DNA from: an uncultured Gammaproteobacteria bacterium
GTDB lineage: Bacteria; Patescibacteriota; Patescibacteriia; UBA9934; GWF2-40-263
DNA: 64,000 nt
Direction: 5' to 3'
NCBI GenBank assembly: GCA_964402425.1
Contig: CAYOCD010000001.1
Coordinates: forward strand, 82,934 to 146,933
Both the position numbers and the translations under genes were made by a program. This document shows positions 37,666-48,100 of the stretch, piece by piece. Under the pieces are notes generated by a model that was not told the DNA's origin, made no database searches, and saw nothing but the letters and a program-made list of their open reading frames with translations. How positions within the stretch are numbered: position 1 is the first letter of the stretch; each line of letters begins with the position of its first letter.

Positions 37666-38137
37666 CAGGGAGTATTTTTTGTGATTTTGTTCCGATCAAT
37701 TTATTTAATTCACGTTCAAATGTTTTTACATCTTCAAACGATCGATAAACAGATGCAAAACGGATGTATGCAACCTTATCAAAGGTCTTCAATTGATTCA
37801 TGACAATATCTCCTAGCTCGGCCGTTGTAATCTGTCCGTGAGTCTTTTTTTGAATATGACGTTCAATTCTATGAATCAAACTTTGAAAAGACTGATCTGT
37901 GTATGGACGCTTTTGGAGCGCTCGCTCAAGCCCGCGAACCATTTTTTCTCTTGAATAGGTTTCACGTCGCCCATCTCGTTTTACAACTGTTAAATCTAAA
38001 AGTTCCAGCTCTTCCAACGTAGAAAATCGAAAACTACATTTTTCGCACTCACGACGTCTGCGCACACTTGCACCATCAGAAGACATGCGCGAATCAACAA
38101 CTTTTGAGTCTTTGTGATTACAAACGGGACAATACAT
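37643..38137 (-). CDS. nrdR: Transcriptional repressor NrdR. Start MYCPVCNH at 38137; the listed ORF extends 44 codons upstream into repeat element B.
   Basis: Zn-ribbon CPVC...CEKC followed by an ATP-cone (VVKRDGRRETYSREKMVRGLERA). Confidence 0.8.
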   Translation of the reverse strand: MYCPVCNHKDSKVVDSRMSSDGASVRRRRECEKCSFRFSTLEELELLDLTVVKRDGRRETYSREKMVRGLERALQKRPYTDQSFQSLIHRIERHIQKKTHGQITTAELGDIVMNQLKTFDKVAYIRFASVYRSFEDVKTFERELNKLIGTKSQKILPVGKKLSK

Positions 38138-38138
38138 A

Positions 38139-38292
38139 AAGGAAGGGCGGAAAAGGATGAAAAGGCGGAAGGGGCGGAGAGGAACGTAAATGGCATGCAG
38201 GGATGATAACAAAAAAAAGCAAAAAGAAAAAACGGATAAACCGTTCTTCTTCTCATTCCTTTCCGCCACCTCCGTCTTTTCCGCCCTTTTTC
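38139..38292. repeat. GA-rich palindromic element B (GGCGGAA type): arms GGAAGGGCGGAAAAGGATGAAAAGGCGGAAGGGGCGGAGAGGAACG / TTCCTTTCCGCCACCTCCGTCTTTTCCGCCC. The loop contains the mini-hairpin AACGGATAAACCGTT. Abuts the ftsZ stop codon.
   Basis: Seen in sequence between ftsZ and nrdR. Confidence 0.7.
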
Positions 38293-39671
38293 TAAATCAT
38301 TTTCTTTCTAATAAATGCCGGGATCTCAATCTCGTCTTCTTGTGCTTGTTGTGGGGACGGTGAGATAGGAGCAGGTCTTGGCGCAACACGCATTGGGACC
38401 TCTTGCAGTTGTTGCGGCTGTTGTTGCGGTTGTTGTTGCGGTTGTTGTTGATGATGTTGCATCATTGGTTGAGGAATGGGCGCCGCAATAGGTTGTGGTG
38501 TCATCATGGTTGGTGCTGGTTGACTGTAAAACTCTCTACGCATTTCCATTTGTGGAGGCCTTACTTCCATTTGCGGTTTTGGAGGTTGAAAATTTACTTT
38601 TGGTCGTGGAGCTGGACGCTGCAAACTTTCTTCTTCTCGCACACGCAAAAAGGTGTTTGGCGCCCATGTGCCTTGTGCTTGAACTTCTACAACACCAGGT
38701 GACGTTGTGCGGCGTTCACGTGAATCAAAACCTGTTGCGACAACCGCAATACGAATCTCATCACCCAACGAGTCATCAATGTTCGCTCCGAAAATGACTT
38801 TTGCGTCTTCATCCGCAGAACTTGTAATAATCTTTGCAGCCTCTGCAACCTCATGCATTCCAAGATCACTTCCACCCGTAATGGTAAATAAGATTCCACG
38901 CGCCCCATCAATCGACAACTCAAGCAACGGACTTGCAATCGCTTGTTTTGCTGCCTCGACAGCTCTGTTCTCACCACTTGCACGACCGATTCCCATTAAG
39001 GCTGATCCGGAAGATTCCATGATCGCTTTTACATCGGCGTAGTCAACGTTAATCAAACCAGGAACGGTAATTAACTCGGCGATCCCTTGCACACCTTGGC
39101 GCAAGACATCATCCACAACCTTAAACGCATCCATGAGAGAAGTTTTTTTATCGATGATTTGAAGAACACGATCGTTTGGGATGGTGATGATGGCGTCCAC
39201 GTACTTCATGACTTTCTCAAAACCTTCATCTGCAATGCGACGGCGTTGTGCGCCTTCAAAGGTAAATGGTTTTGTGACAACAGCAACGGTGAGTGCTCCA
39301 ATATCCTTTGCGAGTTTGGCAACTTCTGGAATGGCACCCGTTCCAGTTCCACCTCCGAGTCCGCACGTAAGAAAGACCATGTCTGAACCCATGAGCGCTT
39401 CACGAATTTCATTTTGTGTTTCTTCTGCTGCGCGCGCACCAACCTCTGGATTCATTCCAGCACCGAGTCCGCGTGTAATGGTTTTTCCAATAGCGATCTT
39501 TGTTGCGGCAAGATTCTGATTCAACGCTTGAACATCTGTATTAATAACAATAAATTCAACACCTTTAATGTTGTCAGAGATCATGCGGTTAATAGCCGCA
39601 CTTCCACCACCACCAATTCCAACAACTTTAATTTTTGCGAACGTTTCAATATCTGGTTTTACTTGAGCCAT
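38292..39671 (-). CDS. ftsZ: Cell division GTPase FtsZ with a long Pro/Gln-rich C-terminal linker. Start MAQVKPDIE at about 39671; the listed ORF extends 59 codons upstream.
   Basis: GIGGGGSAAINRM...NTDVQAL...GLGAGMNPEVGARAAEE...FLTCGLGGGTGTGAIPEVAKLAKDIGALTVAVVTKPFTFEG. The tail carries (QQPQQ)n. Confidence 0.9.
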   Translation of the reverse strand: MAQVKPDIETFAKIKVVGIGGGGSAAINRMISDNIKGVEFIVINTDVQALNQNLAATKIAIGKTITRGLGAGMNPEVGARAAEETQNEIREALMGSDMVFLTCGLGGGTGTGAIPEVAKLAKDIGALTVAVVTKPFTFEGAQRRRIADEGFEKVMKYVDAIITIPNDRVLQIIDKKTSLMDAFKVVDDVLRQGVQGIAELITVPGLINVDYADVKAIMESSGSALMGIGRASGENRAVEAAKQAIASPLLELSIDGARGILFTITGGSDLGMHEVAEAAKIITSSADEDAKVIFGANIDDSLGDEIRIAVVATGFDSRERRTTSPGVVEVQAQGTWAPNTFLRVREEESLQRPAPRPKVNFQPPKPQMEVRPPQMEMRREFYSQPAPTMMTPQPIAAPIPQPMMQHHQQQPQQQPQQQPQQLQEVPMRVAPRPAPISPSPQQAQEDEIEIPAFIRKKMI

Positions 39672-39833
39672 ACAATTGGTATTCAATCGAATAAATTTTG
39701 TGCAAAGATGAACACTATTATTGTTCAACAAATCATCATTTGTACACAAAAATTGTAACAACACTGTAACATCGCCAAAGGGGAAGTCAAGAAAAAATGA
39801 GAACAACTGTGGATAGAACGATTGAGTGAACGA

Positions 39834-39862
39834 TTGACAAAATCGCAAAAATCGAGTACTCT
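39834..39862 (+). promoter_or_regulatory. Sigma-70-like promoter: TTGACA, 17-nt spacer, TACTCT. Lies upstream of 39931..40407.
   Basis: cgattgacaaaatcgcaaaaatcgagtactct. Strong SD AAGGAGG 5 nt before the ATG at 39931. Confidence 0.35.
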
Positions 39863-39930
39863 CTTCCGGTCAAGGTGACCCTTATGAACGACCGAGGAGT
39901 GGTCGAGTTCATCCAACCAAGGAGGAAACG

Positions 39931-40407
39931 ATGAGCGATTTGAACCCCCAAGAAATGAGCGTGGAACAGCTGCGCTCCAAAATCCTGGAGCGGACAGCCG
40001 CGAACAAAGATGATCAAGAAAAGCGCAAACAGCGCGGTCGCGAAATTCACGAATTATCCAAGGCTCTTGCTGCCAAGACAGCGATTGGCTACATTGTCAT
40101 CACAACATCATCGATGCCAGACGTTTTGTTGTCTGCCTCCCCAGAAACAACAACCTTTCATGAGTGGATCTCCTTCCGTGCATTGAGCGGAGACCCTCCC
40201 CTCATCGAAATGCAACTCATCACCAATCGCGATGAGAAAATCACCTTTCGCCTTGCACTAGGCGACACAATCCGTTTCCAACACGAATACAACAGTTCGA
40301 AAAACGGCGGAACACCATCTGTTCATGATTACACCGTCAAAACGTTCAAGACAGAAAACGAACTTCTTGGATGGGCCTACAGGAAACATGTTTGTCTACC
40401 AACCTGA
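39931..40407 (+). CDS. Hypothetical cytoplasmic protein (158 aa), encoded between ftsA and ftsZ on the opposite strand.
   Basis: Strong RBS. Followed by two hairpins with T-runs (40410-40440 and 40450-40480). No recognisable motifs. Confidence 0.5.
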   Translation: MSDLNPQEMSVEQLRSKILERTAANKDDQEKRKQRGREIHELSKALAAKTAIGYIVITTSSMPDVLLSASPETTTFHEWISFRALSGDPPLIEMQLITNRDEKITFRLALGDTIRFQHEYNSSKNGGTPSVHDYTVKTFKTENELLGWAYRKHVCLPT

Positions 40408-40480
40408 CACCCCTTTTGGGCGGGTGTCTTTTTCTTTTATCAGAAAACACGTGACCGATCGGTCGCGTGTTTTTATTTTT

Positions 40481-40528
40481 ATTCCTTTCAGACCTTTCCG
40501 CTCCTTCCGCCTTCTCCGCCCTTCCCCT
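40481..40528. repeat. Solo arm C of the GGCGGAA-type GA-rich element (CCTTTCCGCTCCTTCCGCCTTCTCCGCCCTTCCCC) abutting the ftsA stop codon.
   Basis: Seen in sequence. Confidence 0.6.
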
Positions 40529-41786
40529 ACGGTTTCAACTGTTTCAGCATTTTCATGAATCCACTTCCGACTTTTTCTAATCCGCCGATCTTTGACATGA
40601 TTTGTCCAAGACCTTTTGTGTTTGTAACACCCCTCATGTGTTTCCCCCAAAGAACAAGTCCGATAGCTGTTGTCATGCCGGGGTCATTGATGCGATCAAT
40701 CACAGACGAAACACCAATTGGCGTTCCAAGTGAGATAGGCAAACGGAGAGTCGCCTTCCCTGCCTCTAACATACCAACAAGTTTTGCGCCACCACCCGTA
40801 AGAATAATACCGGCTGGCAACATTCCTGAGCGATCAATTTTTTGAAGTTCGCGATCAACAAGTTCGAAGATCTCTGATACGCGCGCTTCCGTAATATCGG
40901 CGACAAATCTTCGGCCTACCCATTCTTCTTCTGGACTTCCGAGTTCTGCAAGGTTGATATCATCTTTTTTTCCGACTTCTTCTGGAAGACAGGTGGCATA
41001 ACGAAGTTTCATTTGTTCCGCAACATCAATAGAAGTTCTAAGTCCAATCGCAATGTCTGACGTAATATGATCAGACCCGATTGGCAACACGGCTGTATGG
41101 AGAATATCTCCTTCTTCAAACACCACGAGACTGGTTGTTGATGCTCCAATATTCACAACACAAACCCCAAGTTCTTTTTGACGATCTGTAATAACAGCTT
41201 CTGCTGTTGCAAGAATGGAGAATACCAAATCTTCAATATCAAGACCGGTTCTGTAAACCGCCTTTGTCATGTTTTTAATTTGCGAGCCAAGTCCTTGAAT
41301 AATGAGAGCGTCCACCTCAAGACGAATACCGTTCATTCCGACAGGATCCTTAATTCCCCGCTGGCCATCTACAATGAAGCTTTTTGGAATGACGTGAATG
41401 ATTTCATAATTGGTTGGCGTAGCGACCGTTCTTGCGGCTTCAATGGAGCGCTCGACGTCTTCTTCCCGAATCTCACCATCAGACCTTCCGACACCAATAA
41501 CCCCTCTGGATTCCTGCGAGATGATGTGACTTCCACTAATCCCCACCCAAGCTTTGTTCAAAGGCAATCCTGTAATGCGTTCCGCTTGTTCAAGTGCACG
41601 CGAAACAGAAGACACCGCATCTTCCAAATTGGTGATGGTGCCTTTGTTGATACCAGCAGATGGGACTTCCACTGCCCCAACGATATGAATTTGTTCTTTT
41701 CCGTCCGCGGATGGAACAATTTTTCCAACAGCAACACGCACGGCACAAGAACCAATATCGAGACCAGTGAATACTTCTTCAGACAT
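40527..41786 (-). CDS. ftsA: Cell division protein FtsA (actin-like ATPase).
   Basis: FTGLDIGSCAVRVAVGKI...HIVGAVEVPSAGINKGTITNLEDAVSSVSRALEQAE... . The C-terminal amphipathic tail is ...GLEKVGSGFMKMLKQLKP. Confidence 0.85.
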   Translation of the reverse strand: MSEEVFTGLDIGSCAVRVAVGKIVPSADGKEQIHIVGAVEVPSAGINKGTITNLEDAVSSVSRALEQAERITGLPLNKAWVGISGSHIISQESRGVIGVGRSDGEIREEDVERSIEAARTVATPTNYEIIHVIPKSFIVDGQRGIKDPVGMNGIRLEVDALIIQGLGSQIKNMTKAVYRTGLDIEDLVFSILATAEAVITDRQKELGVCVVNIGASTTSLVVFEEGDILHTAVLPIGSDHITSDIAIGLRTSIDVAEQMKLRYATCLPEEVGKKDDINLAELGSPEEEWVGRRFVADITEARVSEIFELVDRELQKIDRSGMLPAGIILTGGGAKLVGMLEAGKATLRLPISLGTPIGVSSVIDRINDPGMTTAIGLVLWGKHMRGVTNTKGLGQIMSKIGGLEKVGSGFMKMLKQLKP

Positions 41787-41857
41787 AAGAAAGCCGAGGG
41801 TTAGATGCAGGAAAGAAAAAAATGAAAAAACTTAATACGAAAATTATAGCGCAAAAA

Positions 41858-42226
41858 TCATGAAAACAACAAACGGAGATAGGGATAAAAAATCAGAACC
41901 CCAATAATAAAGGCAAACAACGACATAAGGAGTACTGCTGCGGCCATCATGTCTTTGGCTTCCTTTACAATTGGATGCAAACGAGGTTTGAACGCGTCCA
42001 GAACTCGTTCAAAAATACTGTTGATCAGCTCCAAAACAAGAACAGATGCAATCAAAAGTAAAAGAACGATATATTCCGAATTGGAAACTCTAAATCCGAT
42101 TGCAAACACAAGAACACCTACAGCCATGACAATTTGCAAACGAAAACTTTGCTCAGACCGAAAAACGGTCAAAAGGCCGTTTGTTGCATACCCGAAACTT
42201 TTTTTTAGCTGTTTCCAAAGAATCAT
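41858..42226 (-). CDS. dgkA: Diacylglycerol/undecaprenol kinase (DgkA family).
   Basis: Three TM, 122 aa. Motifs GYATNGL..VFRSEQSFR and ELINSIFERVLD...HPIVKEAKDMMAAAVL. Confidence 0.75.
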   Translation of the reverse strand: MILWKQLKKSFGYATNGLLTVFRSEQSFRLQIVMAVGVLVFAIGFRVSNSEYIVLLLLIASVLVLELINSIFERVLDAFKPRLHPIVKEAKDMMAAAVLLMSLFAFIIGVLIFYPYLRLLFS

Positions 42227-42660
42227 ATTCTGGGATCAACTCCAAGTTTCAGTAAAATTTTTGTTTGGAGTGGAAACATTTTTTTTGCATCAAATTCTTG
42301 TTCGTGGTCGAACCCGAAAACATGCAAAAGTCCGTGCACGATAAGGAACGTAAGCTCGTCACGCACGGAATGTTTCATTTCTTTTGCTTGTCGCTTGGCC
42401 TGCTCGTAACTCAACAAAATTTCTCCAAAATAATCTTCGTTATCAAGGGTAAAGGATAAAACATCTGTAACAGAATTTTTTCCTCGATGTTGCAAATTCA
42501 ACTTTTTCATTTCTTTTTCGGAAATAAATGCAATGGAAACGTTGTGTTTGCGCTTAAGTTTAAGGGCTTTTGAAACCTCCTCATCAATCTGAATAAGGCG
42601 CGTTTCTGGAAACCGCATCCCTCCTTTCAATCGCTGTTGATTCAGATCAATTTGGATCAT
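42223..42660 (-). CDS. ybeY: rRNA maturation endoribonuclease YbeY.
   Basis: Zinc-binding H-x3-H-x5-H motif FLIVHGLLHVFGFDHE. 4-nt overlaps with both neighbours. Confidence 0.8.
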   Translation of the reverse strand: MIQIDLNQQRLKGGMRFPETRLIQIDEEVSKALKLKRKHNVSIAFISEKEMKKLNLQHRGKNSVTDVLSFTLDNEDYFGEILLSYEQAKRQAKEMKHSVRDELTFLIVHGLLHVFGFDHEQEFDAKKMFPLQTKILLKLGVDPRI

Positions 42661-43652
42661 AATTTTTCCACACTATTCACCATCATTTGAACCGTTTGGA
42701 GATAATCAATGGTGGCTTTTGTTGAGGTGTCGTAAATAAGCGTCACAACTTGGCTTCCAAGATCAATATATGAACTCAACTGGTTTTTTGCGACAAGCAT
42801 TGGATATCCTTTTTTGCTTTTTGAAGCAGAGGGAGTTCCGTCTGTGACATTTTGCTGATACCAATCAACAAGGGTCAATGATGCATCTTTTGCTACAACC
42901 TGCACAGTCATATTTTCCCCCGTATTCGTTGTGATAACAGATCCTATCCCCACCTCCAAAGGTGCAGAAACCCATTTTGCAGGATACAACAACTGAAATC
43001 CATCTACCTGAAGCATTTGTGCGAGCCCTGCTAAAACTAACGTGCCCGGAGCTGTTCCGTTCGGGTTATACCCGTGATAAACCTCATTCCCATCCAAAAA
43101 TCCATCACTGTCAGAATCAGGTAAATTTGGATTTGTGGAGTAGACAATCGTCTCTTCCCCATCTGTTAATCCATCAGAGTCTGTGTCAACTCCCGGAGTT
43201 GCCGCTGGTGGAAATGGATTTGTAGATATCTCTGTACTTGGGGGTGTTGTAACAGGCGGTGTTGTTTGTGTGACGTCAGGCGTCTCTTTAGGTGTTTCTG
43301 TTACAATTGGTTGCTCTAAAATCACAGCTTCATTATTTTTTTGAACACTTCGGAAAAAGAGATATCCTCCGATCATAAGTGCCACAAGAACAATGAATCC
43401 CGCAATCAATAAACCTTTTTTGGTATGTGTTGGTTGATTCATTTGAGCTGCCACTGGAATTGGTGGAAGTGTTTTTGGTGGAGCAGGAGGCTGAACAACT
43501 GTAACAGGAGTTACAGCAACCTTTTGAGGTTCAACCATGTTTACAACAGCCCCATGACGATAGCGTGCCGGCATCGCAAATACACGCACCGGATCAGAGA
43601 TGCTTTCATTTGGAGGTTGCATAATCATCGATTGTGTATGTGCGTCCGCCAT
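42657..43652 (-). CDS. Single-pass membrane protein with C-terminal Asp-rich Ca-binding-like repeats (DTDSDG..DGEE..NPN.PDSDSDGFLDGNEV..GYNPNG; TSP3/dockerin-like) and an extracellular beta-rich domain.
   Basis: TM GLLIAGFIVLVALMIGGYLFF. Thr/Pro-rich linker. Paralogous C-terminus shared with the next two genes. Confidence 0.55.
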   Translation of the reverse strand: MADAHTQSMIMQPPNESISDPVRVFAMPARYRHGAVVNMVEPQKVAVTPVTVVQPPAPPKTLPPIPVAAQMNQPTHTKKGLLIAGFIVLVALMIGGYLFFRSVQKNNEAVILEQPIVTETPKETPDVTQTTPPVTTPPSTEISTNPFPPAATPGVDTDSDGLTDGEETIVYSTNPNLPDSDSDGFLDGNEVYHGYNPNGTAPGTLVLAGLAQMLQVDGFQLLYPAKWVSAPLEVGIGSVITTNTGENMTVQVVAKDASLTLVDWYQQNVTDGTPSASKSKKGYPMLVAKNQLSSYIDLGSQVVTLIYDTSTKATIDYLQTVQMMVNSVEKL

Positions 43653-43666
43653 ATGTTTTACGATTC

Positions 43667-44299
43667 CTATTTTTTTGGAATTTGAAGGAGTTGACCTGGC
43701 CCGCTTGGGTTATATCCTTTTTTAACCTCGTCACCATCTTTGTAGGTATCGCCATCTGTGTCTGGATTCAATGGGTTGGTTTGATAAACATCTACTTCTT
43801 CTTTATCAAAGAGTCCATCTGCATCTGTGTCTGGACTATTTGGATCTGTTCCCAAAAGAGCTTCACGTGCGTCCGGCAATCCGTCTTTGTCTGTATCTGC
43901 CGTTTGATCTTCTGCAGGAACTTGCACAGCCTCTTCCAAAGGAGCTGGTGTTGGCGTTGGTGTTTCAATCTCTGATGTTTCTAGTGACTCAGATGTAACA
44001 ACAGGAGCCGGTGGAGTCACAGGTGTACGAGAATTCAAAATTCTCATGGAGAGAAAAAACGCGAGTCCGACAACAGCGACAATCGCCACAAACAGAACGA
44101 TGAGCTTCCAAGGAAACGCTCGTTTCTCCCCCATTTCCGATCCCATCTCCATGCTTTTCATGGATGGCGGTTGAGGAGTTGCCATTGGTGCAAGAGAAGA
44201 TTCTGATTGCACACTCATGGTTGGAGGATTCATTTGAGGGGCGGTCGCATCGGTCTGAGCAAAAACATCTTCAGGTTCCTTTTGGAGTTCGTCGAACAT
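43667..44299 (-). CDS. Single-pass membrane protein with DxDxDG Ca-binding-like repeats (paralog 2).
   Basis: TM WKLIVLFVAIVAVVGLAFFL. DTDKDGLPDAREALLGTDPNSPDTDADGLFDKEEVDVYQTNPLNPDTDGDTYKDGDEVKKGYNPSG. Confidence 0.55.
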   Translation of the reverse strand: MFDELQKEPEDVFAQTDATAPQMNPPTMSVQSESSLAPMATPQPPSMKSMEMGSEMGEKRAFPWKLIVLFVAIVAVVGLAFFLSMRILNSRTPVTPPAPVVTSESLETSEIETPTPTPAPLEEAVQVPAEDQTADTDKDGLPDAREALLGTDPNSPDTDADGLFDKEEVDVYQTNPLNPDTDGDTYKDGDEVKKGYNPSGPGQLLQIPKK

Positions 44300-44354
44300 A
44301 TGTGGGGGAAAGTAGTAAGTAGAGAGAAGAAAGTAGAAAGGGGGAAAATGGAAA

Positions 44355-45158
44355 TTACTTCTTTAAAGGATCATACCCAGCATTTATCTCTTGTCCATCA
44401 AGAAAGGAATCGCCGTCTGTATCTGGATTGCGTGGATTTGTTCCATACAGAACGATTTCTTGTGTTGAGTCAATACCATCAAGATCCGGATCATTCACCA
44501 AAACTTGCGCTCGACATTCTGCAGAACGTTTTGGATCAAGTACGGCACAAACTTCCGCATCTTGTACTTGATTTGCTGCCGCAAGAACACGAACAAAGAA
44601 ACAATCTCCCTCATTATTCTCGCAAACCTGTGTTGTTGCAGATGCAATGACCTGCTTACAACTTATTTTCATTTGTCCATCCACTATTTTATCACACAAT
44701 GCCGTATCTGACGCAGTAATCGCCTTCAACACATTCAATTCATTCACACATCCTGACAACCAATCTTTATTTGCTATTTTTTCACAAATCGAAACATCTT
44801 CATTTACACGTGCCACACTCCAAAAACAATCATCTTTGTCTTCTTCTGTCAGAACATCACAGCTTTCTGATTTTTTTTCCGTGATCGCACGTTCTTTTGT
44901 TTTCAACACCTTACACGCCTCAGAATCTTCCGACACTTCACAAGACGCTTCTGCCGAAACAGATGTTGTGACTTGCTCCGATATTGTCCCAAAGACGCTC
45001 GCTGCTCCTGTCGCTTGCGTTGCTTGAGGAGTACGGTCACGAATGACATAAAGGACCCCTCCAATGATTCCCAGAGCCAAAACAACCCCGCCCGCAATGA
45101 TCGCGATCAGTTTCCAGGGGGTTTGTTTTGACTCGGATGGTTGGTCACCAAAATCCAT
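44355..45158 (-). CDS. Single-pass membrane protein with a Cys-rich ectodomain and C-terminal DxDxDG repeats (paralog 3).
   Basis: TM WKLIAIIAGGVVLALGIIGGVLYVI. About 14 Cys. C-terminus DPDLDGIDSTQEIVLYGTNPRNPDTDGDSFLDGQEINAGYDPLKK. Confidence 0.55.
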   Translation of the reverse strand: MDFGDQPSESKQTPWKLIAIIAGGVVLALGIIGGVLYVIRDRTPQATQATGAASVFGTISEQVTTSVSAEASCEVSEDSEACKVLKTKERAITEKKSESCDVLTEEDKDDCFWSVARVNEDVSICEKIANKDWLSGCVNELNVLKAITASDTALCDKIVDGQMKISCKQVIASATTQVCENNEGDCFFVRVLAAANQVQDAEVCAVLDPKRSAECRAQVLVNDPDLDGIDSTQEIVLYGTNPRNPDTDGDSFLDGQEINAGYDPLKK

Positions 45159-45162
45159 ACGT

Positions 45163-48100
45163 TTAATTTACGGGACAATAGGTGAATTCAATATTACTCA
45201 GAGTGACAGATGCACTTGTTGGATTCAATTTAACATTAATTGGAAGAGAAAATGGAGCATCCTGACAGATAAACTTGCTTGGAAGTGGCAACTTCAATCC
45301 GTTTCCGATCTCAAGCAAAGAAGTTCCTGTTTGTGGAAGTGTATATTTTCCATTTGCATCTTTAAATGTTGCTGCAATTAACGACACGGTATTTCCAGCA
45401 TTCAAAAGTGAACTTGATGAAGAAACATTTGCCGTAATTCCGACCCCAACTCGGCATGCTGGAAGCAACAAACTTGCACGATCTGGTGTTTTTCCTTCTG
45501 TATTTTCCAAACTAAATAAGGTGATACTGCTTGATGGTTGAGATTCGGCTACATTTCCTTGCACTTGAAGAGCAACTTTTTGGAATGCGGTCGGACAAGA
45601 ACTATTACAACTCGATGAACAAGTTGGCAGTACACATGTTCCTACACCTATACATTTTTCATTATTAGCCGTATTGCAATCACCGTTCCAGTTACAAGTA
45701 CTACCGGATGTTTCACAATATCCATCACAATTATTTTGATAAGCTGCGCATTTTTTTCCATTCTCCCCACGAAGAGAGCCTCCATTACAAGTACCCACAA
45801 TGCGACATGAATACCCCTTATCACAGGAAGTTCCGTGCCACGTTGATGTTGAACCATCATCTTTCTTCCCGTTAGCTGTGCCATCTGAGGTTAGTCCGAC
45901 ATCTTTTGAATCACACGGACCCTTTAGATCCATTTCATCCGCACTGATTGATTTTGTACATGTTCCATTTAACTTCGTACCATCACAATATTCGCCACCA
46001 TTGATTGCTCCATCTCCACAATACGGACCAGATTGTGTTTTGTACTGACAGTATTGATTACAGAAGTTACAGCTTGATCCGTACGCCGCATTACAAGCGA
46101 TTCCGTTTGCCTTACCGCTGTCACACGACTCGATTCCAACGTTTACAAAGTTATCGCCACACACGTTTGTCTTACAGGCGTTTGTACAACTGTCATTGCT
46201 GGAACTGTTTCCGTCATCGCATTCTTCTGTTCCTTCTTTCTTTCCATTACCACATTGTTGTGGACCACCAGCACACGCACCCCATCCACCACCGGCAAGA
46301 TTTGTGATCCACTGACAGCTGTTTGAAGATGGATTGTTGTAATTCTGACAGGTGCGTGTTCTGGTGAGGTCATATTGTTCTGCTGAACATTTTCCACCTG
46401 CCCCACAAGAAGCATCATCTGTACAAATCGCACCAATTGTTGTTCCGGCGGTACAAATCTTTGCTTTTGCACAAGCCGCAACAGGACATCCAGATGAAGC
46501 CGTACATTTTGTTCCATCGTTATTCAATGCACCAGCATACGTTTCTGTATTTCCATCGCATTTTTCTGATGAATCATTAATCAAATTGTCCCCGCACATT
46601 GGTCCTGGAGCTTTACACTCTGCAGTACAATTTTTTCCATCTTTGTCGTAATTTCCGTTATAGGTTGCACAATGATTACCGGACTTTGCCCAACTTGTTC
46701 CCGCAAGTGTCGACCAATTTGATGGCGTTCCGCAATCACATTGTTCATTCCCCGCGAGGTACCCGTCACCACACGCAAAATTAGAAACAACTTTACAATC
46801 TTTACCACAGTGGCCGTACGTACCATTCAGCGCAGTACCATCATCACAGACTTCACCAAGCGCTTTATCAATCACACCATCTCCACAAGAAAATGGCTTA
46901 CATGTTCCACCGGCTTTTTTTGCAGCATCCTCAGCGGCTGCATCTGTTGCATAATTTTTACAATCATTTTTACAAGTAACATTGATGAACCCTGCGTTGT
47001 TTGCGCAAGCAATCGATTTGACTTCACCAATTTCACAATCTTCACCCACACCCTTTACTCCATCACCACAAATCGTAGAGCTTCCAAAAACAGTTGCGTT
47101 GCAATAAGCGGAAGTTGAGACAAATCCTGGCAGGAGATTTGCAGGAGCTTTCCCGTTTAGATAAGCCGCTTTAATGGTCGCTTGATCACCAGATGCGTCT
47201 ATTTTATTGTTCCACGCAACCGTACTGTATTCCAATTCTGTTGTGAGGACATATGCTTCCCCACCAAAATTTTGATATCCGTACACATGAGAACCGTTTG
47301 GACAAAGAGATTTTCCTTGTGCGCTATTCCAACACGTTGCGGAATCATATCCTTCACCTACATTTTTACACTGTCCCCAGAATTGGTTGAGCGGATCTGT
47401 TGGCAGAGCACCCCCAACCTCATTTCCAAGCGTACTGTTCCAAGATGGCCAGATACTGTTACTTACAGAAGGAACAAACGTTCCTGCTTGAATAGTTGGA
47501 TAGCTCGGGATACATGTTTCTGTTCCTGGACAAGCAGAATTCGCTCCTGTACCCGCTTTACTGTTTTGAGAAACAACACAGGCTTGACTCTTGGTTACCG
47601 CACAACGACCGTTTGTGTTTCCGTATTTTTCAAATGTGGTCACCATCTCTGTGACATCTGTCAATCGTTTTGTGTCTCTGATCAATTTTTGTTTGTCTGC
47701 ATCACAGAACATGTTTGGATCAGCTACTGCACATTCCGCATTTCCTAATTTTGGATTACAAACTTTATCCGAAACGGAACATTTTCCATCTGGCTTACAT
47801 TGATCCAAACAGTCTCCATCCCATGAACATGTGGTAAACGGACCACTTGGTGGAACATAGGCACTTCCACTCTTACAAAGACCAACGTGCGACACTCCAG
47901 TTACACCAGTATCATTCGCGTTTAATCGGAAATTTTGTAAGACAAGATCAAAAATCTGTTGCGCATCTTTTCCGGCATCTGCGTTAAATGAGATAACGTA
48001 AATATTTGAATAGAGATTTGATCCGTTGCGATTTGCCGCTGCTGCATAAATCGTTGTTCCTGTTTGCACAGCTTCATATCCATCCAACTTGGCCGCCTTT

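Noticed and set aside
37650-38290. Upstream extensions of nrdR (44 codons) and of ftsZ (59 codons) in the listed ORFs
   Set aside because: Both extensions run into the GA-rich repeat element or promoter region. Conserved protein N-termini (MYCPVC..., MAQVKPDIE...) begin at internal ATGs.
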